Notes: generated by a model from the letters alone, not told the origin. A DNA stretch of 64,000 nt from Planctomycetota bacterium (GCA_039029995.1 JBCCFB010000002.1:14318-78317), one strand, 5' to 3'; shown: positions 10,601-20,082, counted from the first letter of the stretch. A program made the numbers and translations.

Positions 10601-11300
10601 CTGGCAGTCCGATGTCATTGGCCAACTGTTCATCAGCGAAATTGAGCCCGTAGATGTCTTCGTTGATTGAACGGAGGACCAGCGAAGGATCAACGGTAAT
10701 CACCGGGCCTGGAAGAGTGCTGCCGCCATCTTCAGGTAGAAAATCTCCGATTTCGACTTCGTCAACGTAGTAGGTATTTTGAGCTGCACCGGTGAACTCC
10801 TGCAGGATTATCGATGAAACCGGCGACGGTACAGTAAACCTTTCAAAATCGACTACAACCTCCGTCCACTGTCCGGCCACCGGCGCAACATCATCTATTT
10901 CAATCCATGTTCCGCCTTGATCGGCGACGTAGAACTTCAGTTGTTGTCCGCCGGCGCCTCCGTGAATCTGAAACCTGATTTCCTCGTCGACAGCAATGTT
11001 CTCGCCGAGATAGTTTCCAAGGGTGAGTGCAGACCATGGATCGTCATGCGTGACCGCAATCGAGCTTGAACCGGAGTAAACCGTCCCCGCATGGTCAAGT
11101 TCCACGGTCGTTCCAAACGACCAGTTCTGCCACACGCCCTGCAAAGCATCGTTGTAGACTACCGACGCCATCAGACAGCGATCTTCCAGCCTTTTGAAAT
11201 CAAAGGACTGCACACTCGACTTACGACTAGCCGCGCCTTGTCTTCTTCGCCGCGTTTTTTCGCGCGAACTTGATGAGTTGCCAGTTCGTTTCGTCTTCAT
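7596..11300 (-). CDS. Secreted glycoside hydrolase family 44 protein with N-terminal planctomycete extracellular motif, CBM-like domain and C-terminal beta-helix
   Basis: RLEDRCLMA; EDIYGLN, RWGGNSTTRFNW, YALDNEPMLWNSTHRDVHP, DYLDIHYYP, LAITEYNWG, GIFGREGV (GH44 core); VVTNLLDSGAGSLRSAI followed by parallel beta-helix repeats. Confidence 0.88.
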   Translation of the reverse strand: MKTKRTGNSSSSREKTRRRRQGAASRKSSVQSFDFKRLEDRCLMASVVYNDALQGVWQNWSFGTTVELDHAGTVYSGSSSIAVTHDDPWSALTLGNYLGENIAVDEEIRFQIHGGAGGQQLKFYVADQGGTWIEIDDVAPVAGQWTEVVVDFERFTVPSPVSSIILQEFTGAAQNTYYVDEVEIGDFLPEDGGSTLPGPVITVDPSLVLRSINEDIYGLNFADEQLANDIGLPVDRWGGNSTTRFNWEIDAVNLASDWYFENYPNETPDVSTLPNGSTSDLFVEKDRRVGADTIFTVNTLGWAAKSRDIQGGFSVAKYGAQQDVDPYRPDNGNGVLLDGTLITGNDPLDTSISVDESFVQGWVNHLIGNFGSADDGGVRYYALDNEPMLWNSTHRDVHPDPASYDEVRDKGVSYASAIKAVDPDAQVLGPTVWGWTAYFYSALDAAAGGAWWENPQDRNAHGGQAFLPWYLSEMADAEAASGTRLLDYLDIHYYPQQPGVALQPAGDSATQQTRLESTRSLWDPTYVDTSWINEEVNLIPRMRAWIDTHYPGTKLAITEYNWGANEHINGAVTQADILGIFGREGVDLATMWDPPDADDPTGYAFRMFRNYDGLGLAGSRFGDNSVMAESADQGQVSVYGSTRTSDGKLTLVLVNKSTDGRQTPLDIDLPGDFNAEVYTYSSSDLSSIVRASDLQFVDGEATIELDAYSITLLEIPVDVPTVVTNLLDSGAGSLRSAILSANQTPGVQTITFDISGSGPQTIQLASALPPVTDQIVIDATTQAGYSGIPVVSIDGSAITSNLANGLVFEADGSELRGLAITGFSGNGVDIQNADNVVIRDNFIGILSDGSASGNQRSGVRIQQSTGVDVSGNTISANGQHGVLISGGQTTGNIISGNRIGTDPAGNADRGNSLNGIHLAFRTDDNEIVDNVIGFNRSGIRNINGGQGNLVSVNSMFNNAGIGIDWGLFGRDRNDTGDFDEGPNRIQNSPVVFSALLSGNLLTVDYRVDSDPSAASYPLTIEFFIDDGAGEGRVFIGTHQFTPLDFAAGMASTTLDVSAINVVAGVDFVVATATDASNNTSEYGPRSGIGVSFEGRPWTGQAGTGQRGVPVSRRAFFQSDANSVIGQTIRDQRAVTPVAGVIEFESPVDPGRQFLTGGGAVKADLDAVFELDFETDFLTAPAAGRSGTVLSERKGIDGSTSGISNVSPKTRGDRVIQKCGQRFSALCILRMSKYS

Positions 11301-11407
11301 CCTCTGTCCTCCACGCGAATATCACCTGATTACGGCCGTCTTCGCAGGTTTCCCACGAACACGGACCGGCGTCTGTAGTGATTCGCGAAATTCAGACCGC
11401 GGAAGCG

Positions 11408-11424
11408 TCACGAATTTCGAAAAA
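11408..11424 (-). promoter_or_regulatory. Candidate ECF-dependent promoter element upstream of GH44 gene
   Basis: Minus strand TTTTTCGAAATTCGTGA followed 20 nt later by CGC; nearly identical to the motif at 28536-28554. Confidence 0.45.
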
Positions 11425-11500
11425 TTTCTGACGTAATTGCGATGATTCGACGCCCCGACTTGCGGGGATATAATCGGAACGGAACTGAGAAGGACACGGC

Positions 11501-12100
11501 ATGACAACCGACTACCCCTCACAATCTCATTCCCGCCAACCGCGATCTAGCGAAATGCAAGCACCTGCGACGTCGACGGATGGCCGGGACAATTGGCCGG
11601 ACCTTTATAACCGGCTTCGGGAGATTGCGTCGCGACAAATGAATCGGGAGAAGAAGGGACACCTTCTGCAAACGACAGCAGTTGTTCACGAAGCATGGCT
11701 TCGCCTGTCTCAAAACCGGAGTTCACCGGCATCCGATCGGGAGAGTTTTGTCAGCGCGGCCGCGGTCGTGATGCGCAGAGTCCTGGTTGACTTTGCTCGA
11801 AGTGAGAACGCAGCAAAACGGGGTGGGGGCCGCCAGAGAACAGCCCTCGCCAACTCGCACATCGCGGTCGGAAATCAGGGCTACCATGCCGTCGAGATCA
11901 ATGACGCTCTCGAACAGCTCGCAGCGTTCGCGCCTGAGCAGGCCAGGGCGCTGGAGTTGATGATTTTCGGCGGAATGACCGGTGAAGAAGTCGCCAGCAC
12001 AATGGACATCTCGGCATCAACCATCGACAGGAGAGTCCGCGCTGCGAAAGCGTGGCTAAGACGTGAACTAAGCGACCCCATCAACGGCGGCGGCGAATGA
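11501..12100 (+). CDS. ECF sigma factor, TIGR02999 type (kinase-associated)
   Basis: LYNRLREIASRQM...HLLQTTAVVHEAWLRL, VMRRVLVDFAR...AAKRGGG, IFGGMTGEEVA...RAAKAWL; ATGA overlap with the kinase. Confidence 0.93.
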   Translation: MTTDYPSQSHSRQPRSSEMQAPATSTDGRDNWPDLYNRLREIASRQMNREKKGHLLQTTAVVHEAWLRLSQNRSSPASDRESFVSAAAVVMRRVLVDFARSENAAKRGGGRQRTALANSHIAVGNQGYHAVEINDALEQLAAFAPEQARALELMIFGGMTGEEVASTMDISASTIDRRVRAAKAWLRRELSDPINGGGE

Positions 12101-15100
12101 AGAAGCAGACCACGTCGGAAGACTGGCAGAAAATTGACGCGATTTTCCAGCAAGTTGTTGATCTCCCTGCGGCGGAACAGGCTGAAACGATCTCTCGACT
12201 CGCTGCCGGGAACGAGCGACTATCTGACGAAGTAAAGTCGCTACTGGAATTCGACGAAACTGAATCGAGTGACCAGATTGCTGCGCTCCGTTCATCCGGA
12301 TCGGCCTCTGGCAACAATCCTCCCGGAAATCCCTCGGTAAAAGCTGGTGATCTGATCGGAGAGTTCCGCCTGCTTTTCCCTGTCTCCATCAGTTCCGCAT
12401 CGGAAGTCTGGTGCGCCGAAGCTGTAGATAGTTCCGCGATACCGAATCAGCATGTAGCAATCAAATTGCTTAGAACGAAGGTGGAAGCAGGTTCCAAAGA
12501 CCGTCATGTATTGCGATTTGTCAATGAAGCTCGATTGATGAGTCGATTCCGTCATCCCTCGATTGCCTCGTTCATTCAGGCGGGGCAAACCGAATCCGGA
12601 TTCCCGTACATTGTAATGAACTACGTCGATGGCAAATCGATTACGCGCTATTCGGATGACCAGCGACTGACGATCGCAGAGCGAATCGAGTTGGTCATCC
12701 AGGTTTGTCAGGCGGTTGCCTATGCCCATCGTTTTCTCGTCGTTCATCGTGATTTAAAACCGGAAAACATACTGGTTACCGCTGACGGAAATCCGGTCGT
12801 ACTCGATTTCGGCATCTCCAAGCAACTCGATTCGAACAGCCAGTTCAACAACGAAAACCGTTCATTGATCGTCACATCAGCTGATGAGCGACCGATGACG
12901 CCGGCCTATGCCAGTCCGGAACAACTTCAGGGCGACGAGATCACGACATCAACCGATGTGCACGCGCTTGGGCTGATCCTTTATGAACTGCTTTGCGGGC
13001 ACCATCCCTTCAGTTCAGCTTGCCACAATGGCGAAGCCACTTTTTTCGATCGCGCTGCCAGGCTTGTTCCAATCCCGCCTTCGGAAGCCGTCTCGTTTGC
13101 TGCCCAACCGCTTGAAGACGCCGGTCAACCAGCCAATGACGCGCAGATGATTGCGGCGCTCAGGAGAGCTTCAACCAGCCAGCTCAAACGACAATTGAAG
13201 CCCGGTCCGGACGCTGTCGTTCTGAAAGCGATTGCCAGAAATCCCGACCAGCGATACGGCTCAGTTGACGAGCTGCGGAACGACCTGGTCCGCGCGCTCG
13301 AGGGAAGACCGGTCAAAGCAGCGCGACAATCAGCATCAGTTGCACAAATGATCCGCAAGCGGCCGCTGGTTGCCATTGTATCGGCGTCTATTGCTACCGC
13401 TGCAATGGTGCTGGTCGGTGCCTTTCTATTCTGGTCCGGAAGAATTGCCGGTCTGAAGCAGCGGGCCGATCAGGCAATCGACCGCATGGATGAACGTAAT
13501 TCCGCGCTTGAGCAAGTCACCCAGGAACTGGAGGAATCCCGCGCCCGGTTCGCAGACTTTGAAAGCGTTGTTGCAACTGCGCTCGGGCAGAACGTTGAAG
13601 ATCTTTCGAGCGGCAGGTTGACGATCTCTGCACCCATGAAAGCCGCGCTTGCGCGGCAGGCAGCAAGAGAAGGTCGCTGGCCCGCGGCACGGGAATTGAT
13701 TGCTCAACTGGACGAAGCAACCGGCATGACCAGCTCTGCAGAAGACCTCGACATCAACTCGAGACTTGCGCTGGCCGAAGCTCTGCAGATACTCGGCCGT
13801 CCCGGACAGGCAATGCGTCTTCTGGATGACGTTCCTGTTTCTGAAGACCCGGTGGAATGGTTCAAACAGAACTGTGATGACCCTGTTGCGGCTGAGACGC
13901 TTCTGGTGCGCCTTCTTCTCGATACCAACCGCTTGTCCCAGGCTAACGATGTATGTGTTCGCAGCACCCTGATTGATGACGTCGCCGGTCACGAATCAGC
14001 AATCGACCTGCTTCTAGCCGCCGCCGAAGCGCGCTTTAAAATCGCCTGGCAGGACGGAGCTATAACAGTAGTCGATCATCTGAATCCGCAGGAAACGGGC
14101 CGGCTTACTGACGCGCAACAACTCCGGCTCAATTGCATCAAAGCGCGGATCGATGGGCGATCATTAATTCCGGTACTCAAAAAAATCCCGGATGCTCCGG
14201 CTACGGCGACCGCAGTTGTTGCAATTGAGTATCTTCATGAACAAGCCTCCCGGGCAATTGAAGATAATCAGATTGAGGCGGCCCGTGAATGTGTGAACCT
14301 TTCGAAAACGTGGCTTGAGATGCTGCCGATCGAAGATCACTATCTCCATGCTGCCAACGAACATCGGAAAATCATGCTGCTCGAAGCCACGGGAGATGAA
14401 GATTCGGCCGACCGGCTACGTGAACAGTTGTGGCAAACGGTCAAACAAACTCAGGCCTTCGGCACCGAGGAAGGTATCTGGACCGGCATCACACTTATGA
14501 TCCGTAACGAAGATTCAAGGCTCCGTTCGGAAATTCTATCCGCACTGGCTGACTTTCGACCAGCTATCGTCGCGGACCCGTATCGTGAGCGATGGATTGA
14601 ACGCTTCGACTATGAAACGGCTGCTGAGCGGGAGGAATGGGCAAGCGCAGTGATGCATGTTCAACAACTGATGGAACTTGAATCCAGGCTTTGGGGCCGC
14701 GTCTCATTTCCGGCTGCTTATGCCCGTGCTGCCCTTGCCCATGCCCTGGTAAAAGTAGGACGCAGGACTGAGGCTGGAGTCGTCTACGCTGAGACGAAAG
14801 CCGTCGTTGAAGAACTCGCCGAAGACAATCCGAGTGTCCCGTCTGTTGCCTATCTCAACACCGCAATTGCGATTTCGGAGTCGGAACACAGCCATCCGGT
14901 CCATCCGTGGATACAACGATTTACCATGCACTCATCGAATCCTGAAACGGATCAGCTGGAGATGCTTCGCTATTACGTGATTGAAAGCGAAATCGCGGCC
15001 GGGATCCGGCGCTTGCTATTTGTTGAATCGCTTGCCTACGTTGATCTGATCAGAACTGAAGCAACCACCGCAAATGAAGGCTCAATGATTCAGGATGAAT

Positions 15101-15381
15101 ATGCAATCCGGCTTTGCCGCGTGGCCAACGAACTCGGCGAATTCAGCAGGGCTTCGACTTTTCTTCTGCTTCGCAAATCCGATTCGAACCCCGATGTCGC
15201 CGATCGAGCTGCAGCCTGCCTGATCCAACTGCATGTAGATCGTGACGAAGTTGACGAGGGCCACGAGATTGCGAGAGAGTTTGCGCTCGGGCCGCATACT
15301 CGTGAGGTCATTTCGGAAACGATTGATCGACTCGGTGATCGCCCGGAGGAGCGGGGCCGCTGGCAGGAACTGCTGAATTAA
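12097..15381 (+). CDS. Membrane-anchored Ser/Thr protein kinase with C-terminal helical/TPR-like region
   Basis: VAIK, HRDLKPENIL, DFG, MTPAYASPEQ; TM segment PLVAIVSASIATAAMVLVGAFLFW; glycine-rich loop is degenerate. Confidence 0.92.
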   Translation: MKKQTTSEDWQKIDAIFQQVVDLPAAEQAETISRLAAGNERLSDEVKSLLEFDETESSDQIAALRSSGSASGNNPPGNPSVKAGDLIGEFRLLFPVSISSASEVWCAEAVDSSAIPNQHVAIKLLRTKVEAGSKDRHVLRFVNEARLMSRFRHPSIASFIQAGQTESGFPYIVMNYVDGKSITRYSDDQRLTIAERIELVIQVCQAVAYAHRFLVVHRDLKPENILVTADGNPVVLDFGISKQLDSNSQFNNENRSLIVTSADERPMTPAYASPEQLQGDEITTSTDVHALGLILYELLCGHHPFSSACHNGEATFFDRAARLVPIPPSEAVSFAAQPLEDAGQPANDAQMIAALRRASTSQLKRQLKPGPDAVVLKAIARNPDQRYGSVDELRNDLVRALEGRPVKAARQSASVAQMIRKRPLVAIVSASIATAAMVLVGAFLFWSGRIAGLKQRADQAIDRMDERNSALEQVTQELEESRARFADFESVVATALGQNVEDLSSGRLTISAPMKAALARQAAREGRWPAARELIAQLDEATGMTSSAEDLDINSRLALAEALQILGRPGQAMRLLDDVPVSEDPVEWFKQNCDDPVAAETLLVRLLLDTNRLSQANDVCVRSTLIDDVAGHESAIDLLLAAAEARFKIAWQDGAITVVDHLNPQETGRLTDAQQLRLNCIKARIDGRSLIPVLKKIPDAPATATAVVAIEYLHEQASRAIEDNQIEAARECVNLSKTWLEMLPIEDHYLHAANEHRKIMLLEATGDEDSADRLREQLWQTVKQTQAFGTEEGIWTGITLMIRNEDSRLRSEILSALADFRPAIVADPYRERWIERFDYETAAEREEWASAVMHVQQLMELESRLWGRVSFPAAYARAALAHALVKVGRRTEAGVVYAETKAVVEELAEDNPSVPSVAYLNTAIAISESEHSHPVHPWIQRFTMHSSNPETDQLEMLRYYVIESEIAAGIRRLLFVESLAYVDLIRTEATTANEGSMIQDEYAIRLCRVANELGEFSRASTFLLLRKSDSNPDVADRAAACLIQLHVDRDEVDEGHEIAREFALGPHTREVISETIDRLGDRPEERGRWQELLN

Positions 15382-15390
15382 CTTCCTGCC

Positions 15391-16245
15391 CTAGCCGCCG
15401 AATCCGCTGTATCTTTTCACGCCGCGCCACCACAGAACGCGTGATAGAACGATAAAGAAAATCACCCAGAAAAGTTCTACTGCAAGCCCCTGATACATTT
15501 CCGGGCCGCTTACCTTGCCGAGAAACACTGCGGCAGGAAAGTATGCCAGAAACTTGAACGGTAGAAATCCGACTGCTGACTCGACTCCATCAGGCAGCAG
15601 TTCAAGTGGAAACATGTGCCCCGAAAGGAAAAAGTTCAGCAGCATATAGATAAACGCCAGTGACGTGACTTCCAGAAACCAGAAGGAAATCAAACCGATG
15701 CAGGCCTCGAGAAAATACCCGAGCAGGAAACTCAGAACCAGCGAGAGGTAGAAGACAATCTGGACATCAGCGGGTGGCCATCCATCACGGAAAAACCCGC
15801 CACACAGATAGAACACCAGTGCGAATGGAATCGTGGCGACGAAATAGTAGACCAGCTTGTGCGCAATTCGCTGCATCAACAGACATCCAAGCATGTCCAC
15901 CGGTTGGATCAGGAACTTTTTGACTTCGCCCTCACGAACCTGATTGGCGATTCCTGTCGTCAGCCCGGGCATGCTCGAAAAAGCGCGACTGATGATTACC
16001 AGAAGATTATACGCCACCATATCGCCGAACCGGTAACCTGCGATTTCACCGTCCGGCCCGCCCGTCGAATCAGCCGATCCGTTTGACGACATAACGTCAT
16101 AGATCGCCCACCATAGAAATATCTGGGTCAACGTCGGCAGAAAGCGCAACAGCGTACCCAGCATAAAATCGCCGCGGTAAACCAGTCGCTCATTGACTGA
16201 AACGCGGAAAAACATCCACCATGTGAATATGCTTGTCTCAAGCAC
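15391..16245 (-). CDS. ABC-2 family transporter permease
   Basis: LVYRGDF, GYRFGDMVAYNLL, GEVKKFLIQPVD, FLSGHMFPLELLP, YFPAAVFLG, RYSGFGG end. Confidence 0.92.
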   Translation of the reverse strand: MLETSIFTWWMFFRVSVNERLVYRGDFMLGTLLRFLPTLTQIFLWWAIYDVMSSNGSADSTGGPDGEIAGYRFGDMVAYNLLVIISRAFSSMPGLTTGIANQVREGEVKKFLIQPVDMLGCLLMQRIAHKLVYYFVATIPFALVFYLCGGFFRDGWPPADVQIVFYLSLVLSFLLGYFLEACIGLISFWFLEVTSLAFIYMLLNFFLSGHMFPLELLPDGVESAVGFLPFKFLAYFPAAVFLGKVSGPEMYQGLAVELFWVIFFIVLSRVLWWRGVKRYSGFGG

Positions 16246-17236
16246 TGTTGCTCATCTCCTGAGCGCTGGTAAATGCTTCGGCGATCACTTCCTCAAGTGG
16301 AGGATCTTCTACGGCAACATCGCTAACTCGATAGTTGGTCAGAATCCGGCTGAGCGTTACTCCGACTTCGTCGCGGTTGACATGAAATTTGAGACGAGGT
16401 GGATCAATGCTGACCACCTGACTGAGTGAAGCGGCAACTTCTTTGATTTCATTTTCGTCCGGCATTTGTAACGTCACAATCTTGTCGCTGCCGAAACGGT
16501 CCACGATGTCATCGAGTGAACCATCGTGGTAGATCGCCCCGTTTGCGATGATGACGACACGCTTGCAAAGCGCGGCAATATCTTTCATGTAATGACTGGT
16601 CAGCAGAATCGTATTCCTGCGCTGCTGCTGGTACTCTCGCAGAAACTCCTGGATGCGGTGCTGGGCAATCACGTCGAGTCCGATCGTCGGTTCATCCAGA
16701 AACAGAACATCAGGCGAATGCAGCAGAGCCGCGATCAGTTCCATCTTCATCCGCTCGCCGAGCGAAAGTTCACGCACCGGCTGTTTCAGCAGGTGAGCGC
16801 AGTCCAGCATCTCAGCAAGCTCGTCGCGGGTGCGATTGAACTCGACAGGATCAATCCGGTAGATGTGCTGATGCAACCGGAACGACTCCAGTGCGGGAAG
16901 ATCCCACCACAACTGATTCTTCTGCCCCATCACCAGTGCGAATCGTCGCCGGTATTCGTTCCTGCGCTCCCAGGGCGTAAAACCCATCACGCTGCATGAG
17001 CCTGAATCGGGATTGATGACCCCTGACAACAGTTTCAAGGTTGTCGTTTTTCCAGCACCGTTGGGCCCCAGAAAGGCAACGAATTCGCCTTCTTCGACCT
17101 GCAAGTCAATTCCGCGGACCGCTTCGACGGTCCTGTACTCGCGCTTGAACAAACCCGTAATGGATGCGGTTACGCCTTCGCGCTTCTGGTAAACGCGATA
17201 GGTTTTGACAAGATTCTCGATCTCAATAATGGCCAT
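16238..17236 (-). CDS. ABC transporter ATP-binding protein
   Basis: Walker A GPNGAGKTT, LSLGERMK signature, Walker B VLFLDEPT, LTSH; start taken at ATG 17236 (MAIIEIENL). Confidence 0.95.
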   Translation of the reverse strand: MAIIEIENLVKTYRVYQKREGVTASITGLFKREYRTVEAVRGIDLQVEEGEFVAFLGPNGAGKTTTLKLLSGVINPDSGSCSVMGFTPWERRNEYRRRFALVMGQKNQLWWDLPALESFRLHQHIYRIDPVEFNRTRDELAEMLDCAHLLKQPVRELSLGERMKMELIAALLHSPDVLFLDEPTIGLDVIAQHRIQEFLREYQQQRRNTILLTSHYMKDIAALCKRVVIIANGAIYHDGSLDDIVDRFGSDKIVTLQMPDENEIKEVAASLSQVVSIDPPRLKFHVNRDEVGVTLSRILTNYRVSDVAVEDPPLEEVIAEAFTSAQEMSNSA

Positions 17237-17458
17237 GCGGCGATTATAGGACTGCTGATTCAAATCAAACAGGTGCGGCACAAACGGACAGCATCCCTCA
17301 CCGAATCCCGCTTGATCGTATGGGATTCATCACAGGAGCTTCATCGGGGCTTCGCGGGCGGTAAGGACAGGGCGACGTGGACCACGGATGTGTCGGCGCC
17401 TCAATCCTGTTGTGCGCCACCGCTGCGCGACGTTAGGATTTCAGCATCACAATTGAGC

Positions 17459-17959
17459 ATGGATAAGACTGTGAATCCTGACACACGAATCGGAATCGGG
17501 CACGACACGCATCGGCTCAAGGATGGCGGACCGTTGCGATTGGGCGGAATCGACATCCCCTTTGAGCGCTCGCTTGACGGTCATAGCGATGCAGATGTTC
17601 TACTTCACGCGGTTACTGACGCGATTCTCGGCGCCGCGGCTCTTGGCGACATCGGCGAGTTGTTTCCTGATACAGACGCGGAAAACATAGGTCGCGACTC
17701 CGCCGACATGCTTCAAATCGCGGCGGCAACGGTCCGCGAATCCGGATTCGAGATCGGCAATCTCGACTGTATTGTCTTTGCTGAGAAGCCCAAGCTGTCG
17801 CCCCACAAACGTCCGATTGCCCGGCGTATCGCGGAAATCCTCGGCATTTCGGCCGATCAAGTCGGCGTAAAAGCCAAAACGGGCGAAGGCGTCGGACAAG
17901 TCGGCAACGGAGAGGTGATGTTGGCTCAATGCATCGCGCTGCTATATCGTACCGCCTGA
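17459..17959 (+). CDS. ispF: 2-C-methyl-D-erythritol 2,4-cyclodiphosphate synthase
   Basis: RIGIGHDTH, GHSDADVLLHAVTDAILGAAALGDIGELFPD, VGVKAKTGEG; start moved to ATG 17459. Confidence 0.95.
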   Translation: MDKTVNPDTRIGIGHDTHRLKDGGPLRLGGIDIPFERSLDGHSDADVLLHAVTDAILGAAALGDIGELFPDTDAENIGRDSADMLQIAAATVRESGFEIGNLDCIVFAEKPKLSPHKRPIARRIAEILGISADQVGVKAKTGEGVGQVGNGEVMLAQCIALLYRTA

Positions 17960-18101
17960 GGAGATCGTACCGCCTGCCGGACTGACAGCTGTCCGCTTCA
18001 ACCGCGAGGACAGCCGTCGATTCGTTTCCGACCGATGCTTACCAAGCCTCCCCTTCTGTTAATCAGCCCGGTTCATAAATCCCGCACTCCGGTATTCATT
18101 C

Positions 18102-18614
18102 ATGAGCTCTTCGGAAAAAACCCGCGTCCTTGGAATCGACCCCGGATTGAACATTACCGGCTACGGAGTCGTTGACTTCGAAAACAATATTCCAACGGTA
18201 GTGGAGGCAGGCGTCGTACGCAGCAAACGGAAAAACGAACTCCCCGTCCGCCTCACCGCATTGCATGAAGGAATTGTTGATGTCCTTCAGTCTCTCAAGC
18301 CTGACATCGTTGCGATGGAACAGCTGTACAGCCATTACGAGCGTCCGCAAACTGCAATCATCATGGGCCATGCGCGCGGAGTGATCTGTCTGGCAGTTGG
18401 ACAAAGCGGGATTCCACTTGTCAGCTACGCTGCTACTCAGATCAAAAAAGTTCTGACCGGTAATGGTCGTGCTCCCAAGAGTCAGGTACAACTCGCCGTC
18501 GAAAGACAATTGCAACTGGATTCGACGCCCGAGCCGCCTGACGTCGCCGATGCACTTGCGGTCGCGGTGTGCCACTGTTTCCTTGCCGAAAACAACTTGA
18601 CGAGACTCACGTGA
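18102..18614 (+). CDS. ruvC: Holliday junction resolvase RuvC
   Basis: VLGIDPGLNITGYGVV, AMEQLY, GHARGV, IKKVLTGNGRAPKSQV, DVADALAVA. Confidence 0.96.
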   Translation: MSSSEKTRVLGIDPGLNITGYGVVDFENNIPTVVEAGVVRSKRKNELPVRLTALHEGIVDVLQSLKPDIVAMEQLYSHYERPQTAIIMGHARGVICLAVGQSGIPLVSYAATQIKKVLTGNGRAPKSQVQLAVERQLQLDSTPEPPDVADALAVAVCHCFLAENNLTRLT

Positions 18615-19243
18615 TTACAAAACTGACTGGCAAACTGCTGGAACTGGACGACGAAGCCGCAACGATTTCTGTCGCCCCGTTCGAATATCAGGTTCTCGTA
18701 CCCGATTTTACGAGACGCGCGCTGCAACTGCAGATGGGTGAGGATGTCAGCCTGTTTACGATTCAGTACATCGACGGCAACGTTCAAAAAGGCGGACGTA
18801 TGACGCCACGTTTGATCGGATTCAACACACGCATCGAGCGCGAATTCTTCGAACTCTTTTGCAGCGTGGACGGAGTCGGAGTCAAAAAAGCGTTGCGGGC
18901 CATGGTCAGACCTGTGCAAGACGTCGCTCGCGCTATTGAGCAGCAGGACATCAAGTCGATGTCCACATTGCCCGGCATCGGAGCGGCAACGGCAGAACGG
19001 ATCGCGGCCAAACTACGACGTAAGATGGCCAAGTTCGCTCTCATCGTGCCGCGCGAGACCGGCGATGGTGAACCCGAAACGGTCCTCGAACAGAACATCG
19101 TCGAGGAGACCTACCAGATTCTTCTTGAGCTGGGACACAGTGAAGTGGACGCGCGGCGGAGGCTTGAGATGCCTCTTGCCTCCAGGAAGAAATACAAGGA
19201 TGTCCAGGCACTCTTGCAAGCGGTGTATGAAACAAGCGAATAG
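18611..19243 (+). CDS. ruvA: Holliday junction branch migration protein RuvA
   Basis: GTG overlapping ruvC stop (GTGA); [12 protein letters not shown]....[38 protein letters not shown]. Confidence 0.93.
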   Translation: MITKLTGKLLELDDEAATISVAPFEYQVLVPDFTRRALQLQMGEDVSLFTIQYIDGNVQKGGRMTPRLIGFNTRIEREFFELFCSVDGVGVKKALRAMVRPVQDVARAIEQQDIKSMSTLPGIGAATAERIAAKLRRKMAKFALIVPRETGDGEPETVLEQNIVEETYQILLELGHSEVDARRRLEMPLASRKKYKDVQALLQAVYETSE

Positions 19244-19453
19244 CTGCGTTGTTTTTTTGGCTTCGACCGGCTCTCTTTCTGGCATCCTGCTCTCTATCTG
19301 GAATACCGTGCCTGCTGGAATACCATGCCTGGACCCGGCTGCTCCTCTGCAAATAAAAACCCCGCGTCATGCAGCGCGGGTACTGCAAGCGCGGGGTCGA
19401 TAGCGATCGGGATTTGTCAGGAGCCGTGCGGGTACCGGCTCTGAAATCCGTGT

Positions 19454-19780
19454 TTAGAACACGTCAAGAATGAAGTGGTGGCCCCAGTGGTACCGGCGGC
19501 TTTCCGGATAGTAGTTGTGCCAGTGGCGGTTGTAGACCGGAATCCGCATTTCCTGCGGATAGCGGTAGTACATGCTGTCAGCACTCTTGAAGTATTCGTT
19601 ACCCCAGTAGTTCTGCGGGTAATAGACATACGGATAGTGGTAGAAGCGATCCATGTTGGTCGCGTTTCTTCCACCCCACGTCTGGCCAAAAGCACGTTCC
19701 TGAGCCTGAGACTCAGCTGCCTGATTGGCAATTGCAAATACAGCAACGCAAAGCGCTGCGAGCATCAGTCGACGAATCAT
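19454..19780 (-). CDS. Small secreted Tyr/His/Trp-rich protein
   Basis: Signal peptide MIRRLMLAALCVAVFAIANQAAESQA; mature part FYHYPYVYYPQNYWG...RRYHWGHHFILDVF; GGAGG RBS upstream. Confidence 0.8.
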   Translation of the reverse strand: MIRRLMLAALCVAVFAIANQAAESQAQERAFGQTWGGRNATNMDRFYHYPYVYYPQNYWGNEYFKSADSMYYRYPQEMRIPVYNRHWHNYYPESRRYHWGHHFILDVF

Positions 19781-20082
19781 GGGAGACCTTCCTCCTGCGT
19801 TTCAGCCGCCCACATGCTCGTGGCAGCTTTCGGGTCATTGAGTTGAACATCGCAAGTGCGCCGAATCAGCAGACGCACATCTGTTCTTACCGCCGCAGCG
19901 GCTCGTGTGGTGAAAGGATCGTCTGATACAGCGATCGTCATTCAACGAATATCCCGCAGGAAGCGGATATTTGTGGAAACCGGTACAACAGCTACACAAG
20001 GGTGTGAAGATATTCCGGTTGGTGAAATTCACAGGGTGGAGGCGGGCCGGGACGCTATCAACTATCTGTCTGAAGGGGCCAG

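Noticed and set aside
17946-17976. 13-bp direct repeat ATCGTACCGCCTG x2 spanning the ispF stop
   Set aside because: Only 5 bp lie between the copies, so nothing is inserted; likely a small local duplication, not a target-site duplication.
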